Of a stretch of 49,631 nucleotides of DNA, positions 1-8,344 are shown piece by piece. The notes under the pieces are model-generated. The model was not told the DNA's origin. It searched no databases and was given only the letters and a program-made list of their open reading frames with translations. The stretch is from contig JACQLN010000022.1 in NCBI GenBank assembly GCA_016204035.1, forward strand, positions 1-49,631. Direction: 5' to 3'. The stretch's first letter is position 1, and each line of letters begins with the position of its first letter. The translations under genes and the position numbers were made by a program. This stretch comes from Parcubacteria group bacterium (GTDB lineage: Bacteria > Patescibacteriota > Minisyncoccia > JACQLN01).

Positions 1-21
1 ATATATAAATATATCGGTTAA

Positions 22-636
22 TCAATAAGTAAAACCAAAAGTGTTAAGCAGGGTGTTATGCAGAGTTACATAATAAGACGAAATTTTTTGGGCCTCGGGA
101 AAGTCGGTGTAAAATTCCGCGATAACATTTTTGCTGAACACATAGGTGACTATAGAATAGAGTTTTTCACTAATAATATATTCTTCCCGCTGAATAGCCG
201 GCCGGCCGGCCACTTTTAGTTTGCGCTCTTTTAGAATTTTGAAATTGGGACTGGATTTATTAACATCATCAACTTCGTTCACATATGAATCTAAATTAAT
301 ATATTTTCCGTTTGATATCGCCACAACCTTAAAGACTATGCCCCCGCTCGGGGTTTTGACTTCAAGATATTCTTCGTCTTTGGCGCCGTCGCCGTAAACG
401 CGCACCCAGTCGTTGGGGTATTTTACGTGAAAAAAATTATTCTCTTTGGTTTGATACAGATACCAGCCCGAGGGGTCGTAAACATATTCCGCCGCCGAAG
501 CATCCTCGGTTTTAGTGGTTCTGCCAGGGTCAAAAACCAAGTATAAAGACCCGATAATCAGGGCTATCAGGCCTAATCCGGCGAAAAGTTCGTTGGAGGG
601 TTGGTTTTGCTGTTTTGTTTGTTTAATTTTAGCCAT
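22..636 (-). CDS. Membrane-anchored hypothetical protein, PsbP/DcrB-like fold possible
   Basis: 204-aa ORF with a single N-terminal TM helix and a 'W..Y....F.VKYP.DW' pattern typical of PsbP-related CPR proteins. Confidence 0.6.
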   Translation of the reverse strand: MAKIKQTKQQNQPSNELFAGLGLIALIIGSLYLVFDPGRTTKTEDASAAEYVYDPSGWYLYQTKENNFFHVKYPNDWVRVYGDGAKDEEYLEVKTPSGGIVFKVVAISNGKYINLDSYVNEVDDVNKSSPNFKILKERKLKVAGRPAIQREEYIISEKLYSIVTYVFSKNVIAEFYTDFPEAQKISSYYVTLHNTLLNTFGFTY

Positions 637-728
637 ATTTTTGTCTGGCGCATTATATCAAAGTGCGTCTTTGGTGTCAATACATTTTATTTGACGTTTA
701 GGTAAAAATTATATATGTTAACTTAGCT

Positions 729-2516
729 ATGAAAGACTTGCTAAAAAAAGTGATTTCCCACAAATACTGGCAAAAAACCATAAAATTGGCTCTAGCCCAT
801 AAAGTCGTAAGTTTTGTTTTAGTTTTATTTGTTTTAGTTGGTGGTTATTGGGTTCTAGCTGGTGGAAATGATTCCGAAACCCGTTATGTTTTAGCCGCTG
901 TAGAAAGAGGAATTTTAACTGTTTCGTTAACCGGCAGCGGCCAGGTTTCGGCTTCCGATCAAGTGGACGTAAAGGCCAAAGTTTCCGGCGATGTGGTTTA
1001 TATTGGCTTAAAAAACGGCGATCCGGTTAAAACCGGAATGTTGATTGCGCAACTGGACGCGCGCGACGCCTTAAAAGCAGTGCGCGACGCCGAAGCCAAT
1101 CTGGCAAGCGCTAAAATCGCTTTGGCCAAACTTAAAAAACCAGCCGATGATCTGTCTTTAATCCAAACTCAAAACTCTTTTGACCAAGCCCAAGAAAACT
1201 TGGAAAAATCATACGATGATGGTTTTAATTCCGTGGCCGATGCCTTTTTAGAATTACCCGGAGCAATGCAGGGGCTCCAAGATATTCTTTATGGCGCCAA
1301 TTTATCCGCCGGCCAAAGCAACGTGGCGGCTTACAGCGATATGGTTAAAAACTATAACGCCGTAGCTCCTATATACAAAACTGATGCCGAAACCAAATAC
1401 ATCTCCGCTAGGAATGCTTACGATAAAAGTTTTAACGCTTATAAATCGGCTAGCCGGTTTTTCGGCAATGAAACGGTTAAAAATTTAATAAGCGATGTTT
1501 ATGAAACAACTAAATTGGTTGCCGAGGCCGTTAAAAGCGCGGATAACTTATTAAGTTTGGTTAAAGACGAAATGACTGAACGGAATTTAGCCGCGCCGGT
1601 CTTGCTGGCTAACCATCAAACCTTGCTTTCGGATTACACCGCTAAAACCAATGCGCACTTAAACAGTTTGCTTAGCGCCAAAGATAGTATTGTCTCTTCG
1701 GGCCGAACTGTATTGGAAAAAACCGAGGCCTTGGAAAAATTAAAACGAGGCGCCGACGAATTGGATTTGTCTTCGCAGGAACTTACGGTTAGGCAAAAAG
1801 AAAACGCGCTCAAAGACGCCCGGGAAAAACTGGCCGACTATTACATCCGCGCGCCTTTTGACGGCACTTTGGCCAAGCTGGAAATAAAAAAATCCGATAA
1901 CGTTTCGGCCGGGAACGTAACGGCCACCATTATAACTTCGGAAAAATTCGCCGAAATTTCCTTAAACGAAATTGATATCGCCAAAATCAAAATGGGGCAA
2001 TCAGCCGCTTTAACTTTTGACGCCGTGGACGGCTTAACTTTGGCGGGCGAAGTGGCAGAGACGGATATTGTCGGCACGGTTTCACAGGGGGTGGTCACTT
2101 ATAACGTAAAAATTGGATTCAACGCGAACGACGAACGGATTAAACCCGGTATGAGCGTCACCGCCGAAATAACCACCGATATAAAAGAAAACGTTTTAAT
2201 GGTGCCCGCGAGCGCCGTTAAAGCTCAAGGCCGAATGCGCTATGTGGAAATAATAGATCAAACCGCTACTGGTCGGGAGGGCTTGGCGCAAACCGCTCCG
2301 GGCGTGGTTTTACCGGCGGCGCCCCGCCGCCAGCCGGTGGAAGTGGGCTTGGCTGGAGAAACTAATGTCGAAATTGTTGGCGGTCTTAACGAAGGCGACA
2401 AAGTGGTCGTAAGAACTATCGCGCCTTCGGCCGCTACTCCCGCGGCGCCCAGCCTATTCGGTTCCCCGACGAGCGGAAACAGGGGCGGCGGGGGGAATAT
2501 ACGAATTCCCAGATAG
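729..2516 (+). CDS. MacA/HlyD-like efflux periplasmic adaptor (membrane fusion protein)
   Basis: N-terminal TM, lipoyl half-motifs (KVSGDV..GDPVKTG; IRAPFDG), long coiled coil, KPGMS motif; upstream of ABC ATPase and permease. Confidence 0.9.
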   Translation: MKDLLKKVISHKYWQKTIKLALAHKVVSFVLVLFVLVGGYWVLAGGNDSETRYVLAAVERGILTVSLTGSGQVSASDQVDVKAKVSGDVVYIGLKNGDPVKTGMLIAQLDARDALKAVRDAEANLASAKIALAKLKKPADDLSLIQTQNSFDQAQENLEKSYDDGFNSVADAFLELPGAMQGLQDILYGANLSAGQSNVAAYSDMVKNYNAVAPIYKTDAETKYISARNAYDKSFNAYKSASRFFGNETVKNLISDVYETTKLVAEAVKSADNLLSLVKDEMTERNLAAPVLLANHQTLLSDYTAKTNAHLNSLLSAKDSIVSSGRTVLEKTEALEKLKRGADELDLSSQELTVRQKENALKDAREKLADYYIRAPFDGTLAKLEIKKSDNVSAGNVTATIITSEKFAEISLNEIDIAKIKMGQSAALTFDAVDGLTLAGEVAETDIVGTVSQGVVTYNVKIGFNANDERIKPGMSVTAEITTDIKENVLMVPASAVKAQGRMRYVEIIDQTATGREGLAQTAPGVVLPAAPRRQPVEVGLAGETNVEIVGGLNEGDKVVVRTIAPSAATPAAPSLFGSPTSGNRGGGGNIRIPR

Positions 2517-2522
2517 TTTAAC

Positions 2523-2617
2523 GTCAGATTACTATTTCGCTCCTCAGGGAGGAGCCCTTCGCCCCACCCTATCTTAATTAAATAAACCTCCCCGAAGTCG
2601 CTCAACAGCAATCTGAC
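2523..2617 (-). repeat. Structured intergenic repeat, family A copy 1 (inverted orientation)
   Basis: Reverse complement reads stem-GAGCGACTTCGGGGAGG...GCTCCTCCCTGAGGAGCGA-stem, homologous to copies at 13703 and 25141. Confidence 0.8.
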
Positions 2618-2628
2618 ATTATTTAATA

Positions 2629-3312
2629 ATGATTGAAATCAAAAATATCACCAAAACATACAAAACCGGGCCGATGGAATTTCAAGCTCTCGCCGGAGTG
2701 AGTTTTAAGATTGCCAGCGGCGAGTTTGTGGCCATTATGGGGCCGTCGGGTTCGGGCAAATCAACTTTAATGCATATTATCGGCGCTTTGGATAAACCCA
2801 CCACCGGCCAATATTTTTTGGGCGGCCAAAACATGTCGGCTTTGTCCGAAAACGAACTCGCCGATATTAGAAAAAATAAAATCGGGTTTGTGTTCCAACA
2901 ATTCAATCTTTTGCCCCGCACGTCTGTTTTAAGAAACGTAATGTTGCCTTTGGTTTATGCCGGCCTTAACAGCGCCGATCGGAAAGTTCAGTCGGAAATC
3001 GCCCTTAAGGCGGCCGGTTTGGATGAAAGCCATTTTAAGCATATGTCTAACCAGCTTTCCGGCGGCCAGATCCAGCGGGTGGCCATTGCCCGGGCTTTGG
3101 TTAACAACCCCGCTTTGATTTTGGCCGACGAACCCACCGGCAATTTAGATTCCAAAACCGGCGAGATTGTGCTTAACACCTTCAAAAAACTAAACCAAGA
3201 ACAAGGCCGAACCATCATTCTTATTACCCACGAACGCGACGTGGCCCAACACGCCCGCCGCGTAATTCATATTAAAGACGGCTTGATTGAAAGCGACACA
3301 GGCCAGTTATAA
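2629..3312 (+). CDS. MacB/LolD-type ABC transporter ATP-binding protein
   Basis: Walker [14 protein letters not shown] signature, Walker [15 protein letters not shown] switch. Confidence 0.95.
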   Translation: MIEIKNITKTYKTGPMEFQALAGVSFKIASGEFVAIMGPSGSGKSTLMHIIGALDKPTTGQYFLGGQNMSALSENELADIRKNKIGFVFQQFNLLPRTSVLRNVMLPLVYAGLNSADRKVQSEIALKAAGLDESHFKHMSNQLSGGQIQRVAIARALVNNPALILADEPTGNLDSKTGEIVLNTFKKLNQEQGRTIILITHERDVAQHARRVIHIKDGLIESDTGQL

Positions 3313-3317
3313 AGTGA

Positions 3318-3414
3318 GAGAAATATCGTTCCGAGCTGCCTCATGGAGATGACCGAATACTACAATTGAGAGGCCTCCATGCCGGCTGCGAGGAATGATA
3401 TTTCTTGAACGTAA
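3318..3414 (+). repeat. Structured intergenic repeat, family B copy 1
   Basis: Stem GAGAAATATCGTTCC/GGAATGATATTTCTT enclosing GAGC...GCGA; homologous to 44346-44446. Confidence 0.8.
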
Positions 3415-3415
3415 A

Positions 3416-4630
3416 ATGAATCTAAAAGATATTTTCTACGAAACCTATACCGCTTTAGCCGCCAATAAAGTCAGATCGGGTTTAACTATTTTAGGCATTG
3501 TTATCGGCATCGGTTCGGTTATTGCCATGGTTTCCATAGGCGAGGGCGCCAAAGTTCAGATCCAAACTTCTATTGAAAGCTTAGGATCCAATTTGTTAAC
3601 GATTCTGCCGGGCGTGGTCCAGCCCGGGCGGGGTATAGTTTCTTCGGGCCGGGGCGCGGCTCAAACCTTAGATAACGACGACAGCGAAATCATCCAAACT
3701 ATAGATGGCGTGGCCGCGGTGGCGCCGGAGGTTTCGCGCCGGTTCCAGGTGATCGCTCCCACCGGCAACAACACCAACACCACCGTGACCGGGGCCGACC
3801 CCGTTTTTATGAACGTGCGCAATCTTGTTTTAGCGGAGGGTTCGTTTATAACCGATAGCGGAGTAAGAGGTTTGGGGCGGGAAGCGGTTTTGGGCGCTAC
3901 AGTGGCCCAGGATCTTTTTGGGGAAGGCGCCCAGGTGGTGGGCGAGACCATAAGAATAAATAGAATAAATTTTAGAGTGATCGGCCTTTTAGAACCCAAA
4001 GGCGGGTTTGGTTTTTCTGGGCCGGACGATATGATTATTGTGCCTGTAACCACTATGCAGAAAATTCTGGCGGGTGTGGATTATCTTTCCACTATTTCGG
4101 TCAGCGTAACCGATAAAAACCGCATGAACGAAGTCCGCGACAGCATCAACGCCATTCTTACCGAAAAACACCGCGTGGACGAACCGGATTTTTCCATTAT
4201 TTCGCAGGAAGATATTTTAGGCACGCTCTCGCAGGTCATAAACACGTTTACAATGTTTCTGGCTTCCATCGCCGGAATTTCGTTGGTGGTGGGCGGCATC
4301 GGCATTATGAATATGATGCTGACCACCGTAACCGAACGCACGCGCGAGATCGGTTTGCGTAAAGCCATCGGCGCCACCAAAAAAGACATCAATCGCCAGT
4401 TTCTGGCCGAGGCGGTTTTACTTACTTTTGTGGGCGGATTTTTAGGCATCGCTTTGGGCTGGGCGATATCATTTGGCGTCACTGCCTTGGGCTTGGTCCA
4501 AACCAGCGTTTCACTTTATTCCGTATTTTTGGCTTTCGGCGTCTCGGCCGCCATCGGCATCATTTTTGGTTATTACCCCGCCCGAAAAGCTTCAAGTATG
4601 AATCCTATTGATGCGCTTAGATATGAATAG
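3416..4630 (+). CDS. MacB/FtsX-family ABC transporter permease
   Basis: RSGLTILGIVIGI, GGIGIMNMML..VTERTREIGLRKAIGA, C-terminal PIDALRYE. Start placed at ATG 3416 because ATG 3395 lies inside the repeat. Confidence 0.95.
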   Translation: MNLKDIFYETYTALAANKVRSGLTILGIVIGIGSVIAMVSIGEGAKVQIQTSIESLGSNLLTILPGVVQPGRGIVSSGRGAAQTLDNDDSEIIQTIDGVAAVAPEVSRRFQVIAPTGNNTNTTVTGADPVFMNVRNLVLAEGSFITDSGVRGLGREAVLGATVAQDLFGEGAQVVGETIRINRINFRVIGLLEPKGGFGFSGPDDMIIVPVTTMQKILAGVDYLSTISVSVTDKNRMNEVRDSINAILTEKHRVDEPDFSIISQEDILGTLSQVINTFTMFLASIAGISLVVGGIGIMNMMLTTVTERTREIGLRKAIGATKKDINRQFLAEAVLLTFVGGFLGIALGWAISFGVTALGLVQTSVSLYSVFLAFGVSAAIGIIFGYYPARKASSMNPIDALRYE

Positions 4631-4632
4631 AG

Positions 4633-4704
4633 TTAAATCCCACTTGCCCCGTAGTGAACACGAAGTGTTCTACTATCGGGGTAGACGCGTTAAGATATGA
4701 GTAG
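4633..4704 (+). pseudogene. Duplicated 3' end of the permease gene (LNPIDALRYE*) interrupted by a 39-nt hairpin insertion
   Basis: Removing 4643-4681 gives tta aat ccc ata gac gcg tta aga tat gag tag. Confidence 0.85.
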
Positions 4705-4706
4705 TT

Positions 4707-5231
4707 ATGCGTAAATATTTTTTGTTGATTTTAATTTTTTTAGGTGCGGGGGTGTGGTGGGCGCAAAATATCAAACACCGAGTGTTTGATATAGATATTA
4801 AAACTTCGGTTGCTATTGTCGGAACAACTGTCAAAGAAGATTCTCCGTACGTTCAAATCAACAACCTTAAAATTCCGGTGGAACTGGCGAAAACCGAAGC
4901 CGAGGTTCAAAAAGGGCTTTCAGGCCGGGCATCGTTGGGCGCGGATCAAGGTATGTTGTTTATTTTCGCCCAACCAGATTATTACCGCTTCTGGATGCCC
5001 GACATGCGTTTTCCCATAGATATAATTTGGATAAACGAAAATAAGGTGGCGGGAATCAGCCAAAATGTGTCTAACGAATTTGATCCTAAAAATCCTAAAT
5101 TCTATATACCACCCCGGCCGGCCGACAAAGTTTTAGAGGTAAATGCCGGTTTTGCCGAAAATAAAAAAATAAAAACAGGGGACAAGATAATTTTTAACAA
5201 TGTTGATTTTACCGGCTCAAACCCAAGATAA
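4707..5231 (+). CDS. DUF192 family protein
   Basis: VELA..E...GLSGR, GMLFIF, FWM..M.FPIDIIW, VLEVNAG motifs. Confidence 0.9.
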   Translation: MRKYFLLILIFLGAGVWWAQNIKHRVFDIDIKTSVAIVGTTVKEDSPYVQINNLKIPVELAKTEAEVQKGLSGRASLGADQGMLFIFAQPDYYRFWMPDMRFPIDIIWINENKVAGISQNVSNEFDPKNPKFYIPPRPADKVLEVNAGFAENKKIKTGDKIIFNNVDFTGSNPR

Positions 5232-6243
5232 GGAAATTTGGAACAGTTTTGTAAGTGAAAACTACCCGCCCATCGGCGCTTTTATGGCCTCGTGGGAATG
5301 GGGCGTTTTCCAGCAAGCCCTGGGACGGAAAATAGACAGATATTTTATTACCGCCGAAAATAAAACCGTAGGCGCGTTTACCGTAGTCCATTGCCAACTG
5401 CCTTTGGGCCAACAGTACGGCTACGCGCCGCGCGGGCCGGTTCTAAACCGAGATTTTTTTAACACTCCGGAAAAAATAAATAATCTTTTTAAGTTTATTG
5501 AACGCTGGGCCAAACAAAATTTTCCCGGTTTTATTTTTTTGCGCCTAGAACCGCCACTCGGTTCGGAAACAATAATCACAACCAAAGGGTTGATCCGTCC
5601 GGATTATTACATCCAACCGCGCCGCAACTTGGCCATCAACTTAAACAAAACCGAAAACGAAATACTGGCCGAATTCCATTCTTCCACCCGATCCAATGTT
5701 AAAAAAGCGGAGCGTAAAGGCGTAACGGCCGAAATTAAAAAAGAAATGTCGCCGGACGGCTGGAACCATTTTTTTAAGATGGCCGATGAAACTATGGCCC
5801 GCAACGAGGGTAAAAATATTTACCCCGGCCGGGCTTATTTTGAAACCATGCTTAAAACCGTGCCTTATGTTGACGATGCCCGGGACGGGGAGTTATCGCT
5901 CGGTTTTTTTTGCGGCCGGCACGAAGGCCGTATGGCGGCCATGAATCTAGTGTTGTTTTTTGGCCGAACAGCCACCTACCTTTTTGGCGGATCGTACACC
6001 GCCGAACTTTCTTCTAAGGTAACCACCTATTTGCATTGGCGGGGAATGGAAGAAGCCAAAAAAAGAGGATATAAATATTACGATCTTGGCGGCATAGACG
6101 AAAAACTTTGGCCGTCGCTGACTGTTTTTAAGCGGCGTTTTAAGGGCGAGGAATTTGAATACTTGGGCAATATAGATGTGGTTCTTAACCCTTTAGGTTA
6201 TTGGGTTTACAATATAATTAGAAGAATAAGAAAAAGCGGTTAA
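5200..6243 (+). CDS. FemABX-family peptidoglycan interpeptide bridge aminoacyltransferase
   Basis: YAPRGP, R.NVKKAERKGV, YLFGGS, YDLGG, FKRRFKG motifs. Confidence 0.88.
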   Translation: MLILPAQTQDKEIWNSFVSENYPPIGAFMASWEWGVFQQALGRKIDRYFITAENKTVGAFTVVHCQLPLGQQYGYAPRGPVLNRDFFNTPEKINNLFKFIERWAKQNFPGFIFLRLEPPLGSETIITTKGLIRPDYYIQPRRNLAINLNKTENEILAEFHSSTRSNVKKAERKGVTAEIKKEMSPDGWNHFFKMADETMARNEGKNIYPGRAYFETMLKTVPYVDDARDGELSLGFFCGRHEGRMAAMNLVLFFGRTATYLFGGSYTAELSSKVTTYLHWRGMEEAKKRGYKYYDLGGIDEKLWPSLTVFKRRFKGEEFEYLGNIDVVLNPLGYWVYNIIRRIRKSG

Positions 6244-6722
6244 GAACGTTTTTGGTTAATAAAAGGTGTTAGGAAAACGCCGCCGATCAAACCGCCGGCG
6301 GTGTTGCTGATAATATCCAACCAGGTGTCGTTGGCAGTTTTGGCGAAAGAAAAGTCAAAATAATTTTGCAAAGCGTATTCCAGCATCTCGTTAACCGTGC
6401 CCAGCGAAAGCGTTATTAAAAAACTGAACACGAAAAATTGGAACTTGCTTACATTCAACCCAGTGTCTTTAACCACCAAAAAACAAACCAGAAAACTCAA
6501 AAACCCGCCGCCAAAAATATGTAAAATCCTGTTGCTTAGTTCTAAATCGCGGATGCCGGAACTGCCGACAAAAATTAAAAAAGAAAGCGCAACCGTCAAG
6601 ACAACGGAATACAAAGATTTTCGGCCGGGGGCCGGCGAGACACCATTAAAAAAAGCCGGAAACAGAAAATAAAATAAAAAATAAGTTGCCACCCACCCTA
6701 AAAGCACTAAAAACAGGTACAT
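6240..6722 (-). CDS. Membrane protein (DUF2238/VanZ-like)
   Basis: Multiple TM helices with H..GG, E..EY and DT..D..SN..G motifs. Confidence 0.7.
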   Translation of the reverse strand: MYLFLVLLGWVATYFLFYFLFPAFFNGVSPAPGRKSLYSVVLTVALSFLIFVGSSGIRDLELSNRILHIFGGGFLSFLVCFLVVKDTGLNVSKFQFFVFSFLITLSLGTVNEMLEYALQNYFDFSFAKTANDTWLDIISNTAGGLIGGVFLTPFINQKRS

Positions 6723-6903
6723 ATTTAAGTTTGTTTTTAATTTTTTTATTATTGGATAAAATCCATCAGCTGCGGGACCACCGCCTTTTGCGGTGCAAGC
6801 TGGATTCGAACCCCCGCCTTCCGCGGGGTAAACAAGATACCCTCCTTTTCATCCCGCCACAGGCGGGACAAGCAGGGAGGTGTCCTACTTCACCCCGCCA
6901 AAT

Positions 6904-7236
6904 TTATTTATTCCCATCCAAAGCTGCGGGACCTGGATTCGAACCAAGATACCCTCCTTCAAAGGGAGGTGTCCTACCATTAGACGATCCCGCAGCTTTG
7001 GAAAGGAATTTTTTAAAAGCGTTACCGCTTTTCCAACTTTTGATTAATTTTTCTAATTTTCTTGCTTCAGCAATAGAATCAAAAACCTTGTTATATATAA
7101 TTTCCCAAGGTTTTCCGTGTTTCGTTGAATATACATCACCTTTATTGTGCCTTATTAATCTTTCGGAAGGTGATAATACAGTGATTCCGGTATAATATCT
7201 GTCTTTTTTATTTTTAAGTATGTAAAGATGCGGCAT
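6904..7236 (-). CDS. GIY-YIG nuclease family protein
   Basis: LYIL...YYTG.T...ERL..HN.G...TK..PW....EA..LE..IK.WK. The C-terminal tail is read through the tRNA sequence. Confidence 0.9.
   Translation of the reverse strand: MPHLYILKNKKDRYYTGITVLSPSERLIRHNKGDVYSTKHGKPWEIIYNKVFDSIAEARKLEKLIKSWKSGNAFKKFLSKAAGSSNGRTPPFEGGYLGSNPGPAALDGNK
6924..6994 (-). tRNA. tRNA-Gln (UUG)
   Basis: TGCGGGATCGTCTAATGGTAGGACACCTCC-CTTTGAA-GGAGGGTATCTTGGTTCGAATCCAGGTCCCGCAG folds as a cloverleaf with anticodon TTG; CCA not encoded. Confidence 0.93.
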
Positions 7237-7279
7237 TAAATTTGGCGGGGCAAGTTAGACGATCCCGCAATATTATAAA

Positions 7280-7618
7280 TTAAAATATCATGGTTTCAAT
7301 TTTTGACCTAACTTCATCTATAACCGACATATCAACCTTATCAATAAATTCGACTTTTCTGGCTTTCCAATCGGCGCTTTTTAAATGATCTGCCAAAATA
7401 ACGCCCGAGAACTTTCCTGCTTCTACCCAAACTTCAAATGGGTAATGCTTAACCTTTTTTGTAAGGGGGCACACTAAAGCTAGCCGGGATAATTTATTAT
7501 ATTTTTCTGGAGAAACAACCAAAGCCGGCCGTCGGCCACCCTGCTTATGACCTAAAACAGGATCAAAATCAATCCAAACCAAATCACCTCTATCGGGTAT
7601 GTAAGATTTAGTTACCAT
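7280..7618 (-). CDS. mazF: MazF/PemK family endoribonuclease toxin
   Basis: YIPDRGDLVWIDFDP..G..Q.GRRPALVVSP..YN, CPLT, YPFEV, DWKAR. Confidence 0.93.
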   Translation of the reverse strand: MVTKSYIPDRGDLVWIDFDPVLGHKQGGRRPALVVSPEKYNKLSRLALVCPLTKKVKHYPFEVWVEAGKFSGVILADHLKSADWKARKVEFIDKVDMSVIDEVRSKIETMIF

Positions 7619-7860
7619 ATCTCTCTGCCTACGGGCCTGCCCCAGTTGGTTTCCTTATGTCTATTTTTTGGAGTGATTTTAGAGAGTAATTCTTCCAAAG
7701 TAAACTTTCTTTTGAGTTTTGATTTTGGTTTAATAATTATATTTTTGGCTCTAGGAATAATATCAACTTCCACACCCTCGGCAAGGTTTAGTTTTTTTGT
7801 TACTTCTTTAGGGAAGCGGACAGCCAAACTATTACCCCATTTTTGAACTTTGGTAGACAT
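7612..7860 (-). CDS. mazE: MazE/AbrB family antitoxin
   Basis: KVQKWGNSLAVR.PK, TLEELL..I, WG.PVGREIW; overlaps the toxin start. Confidence 0.93.
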   Translation of the reverse strand: MSTKVQKWGNSLAVRFPKEVTKKLNLAEGVEVDIIPRAKNIIIKPKSKLKRKFTLEELLSKITPKNRHKETNWGRPVGREIW

Positions 7861-7873
7861 AATATAAATAATT

Positions 7874-7897
7874 TAGTATATACGTAAGTATATACTA
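7874..7897. promoter_or_regulatory. Probable MazEF autoregulatory operator
   Basis: Perfect 10-bp inverted repeat TAGTATATAC-GTAA-GTATATACTA immediately upstream of mazE. Confidence 0.7.
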
Positions 7898-7923
7898 GGC
7901 TTTATATATTGCAATACCTGTTT

Positions 7924-8250
7924 TTAATTTAATAGATAAACAAAAAAAGCGGCGGAAATAATTGCCGTGATAATAAAGAAAGCAAGCAGGGTATAGCCGA
8001 ACAAAGAAACGGCTTCTTTTTTATTACCATCTAAATACCATAAGATCGGCCGGCCGAATATTAAAAAGCCCGCCACCGAAGCGGAAAACACCAAAAGCGA
8101 GAGCATTAAAATGGGAGCGAAAAGAGTGTCTTCGGTTTTGTTAAAATCAAGGGCTTTGGGGACGTAAAATAAAAAGGAGGAAATTAAAACTATGTAAGCC
8201 GTGGTTAAACATGCGTTAAGAACGGCATTTTTGGCGATTTTGTTTTTCAT
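7924..8250 (-). CDS. Small membrane protein (3 TM)
   Basis: 108-aa hydrophobic ORF. Confidence 0.75.
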   Translation of the reverse strand: MKNKIAKNAVLNACLTTAYIVLISSFLFYVPKALDFNKTEDTLFAPILMLSLLVFSASVAGFLIFGRPILWYLDGNKKEAVSLFGYTLLAFFIITAIISAAFFVYLLN

Positions 8251-8344
8251 AATTCTTATAACTCAAGCGGCTAAGGAGTGGTTTTGAAAATACAATTGAA
8301 CTACGCATCAAAAAAGGATAAGATTAACGGGAAAATAGACTCAA

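Larger units (their letters stand above)
6893..7254 (-). mobile_element. Hairpin element with GIY-YIG ORF in its loop (14-bp terminal inverted repeats, 5' CTTG)
   Basis: CCCCGCCAAATTTA at 6893-6906 and its inverse at 7237-7250. One arm abuts the ATG and the other contains the TAA of the ORF. Confidence 0.75.
6770..7269 (-). pseudogene. Interrupted tRNA-Gln-derived gene with four hairpin insertions (D-loop, anticodon loop, both T-stem strands)
   Basis: Segments 7255-7269, 6873-6892, 6833-6851, 6800-6811 and 6770-6778 join to a near copy of the intact tRNA at 6924-6994. Confidence 0.85.

Noticed and set aside
6841..6880. Outer tRNA as a functional tRNA-His (GTG)
   Set aside because: The loop would be 9 nt after removing the insert, and the body is otherwise a tRNA-Gln copy; treated as a pseudogene pending RNA data
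5200..6994. tRNA as a dedicated donor for the nearby FemABX enzyme
   Set aside because: Fem ligases use Gly/Ala/Ser-type tRNAs; this is a standard-looking tRNA-Gln on the other strand
6686..7195. 169-aa plus-strand ORF over the tRNA locus
   Set aside because: Antisense shadow of the tRNA copies and GIY-YIG gene; no protein motifs
6770..7269. Group I/II or archaeal bulge-helix-bulge introns in the tRNA
   Set aside because: 21-nt inserts are far too small for a ribozyme core, a 3-4-3 BHB could not be drawn, and two of the four do not excise to the intact sequence
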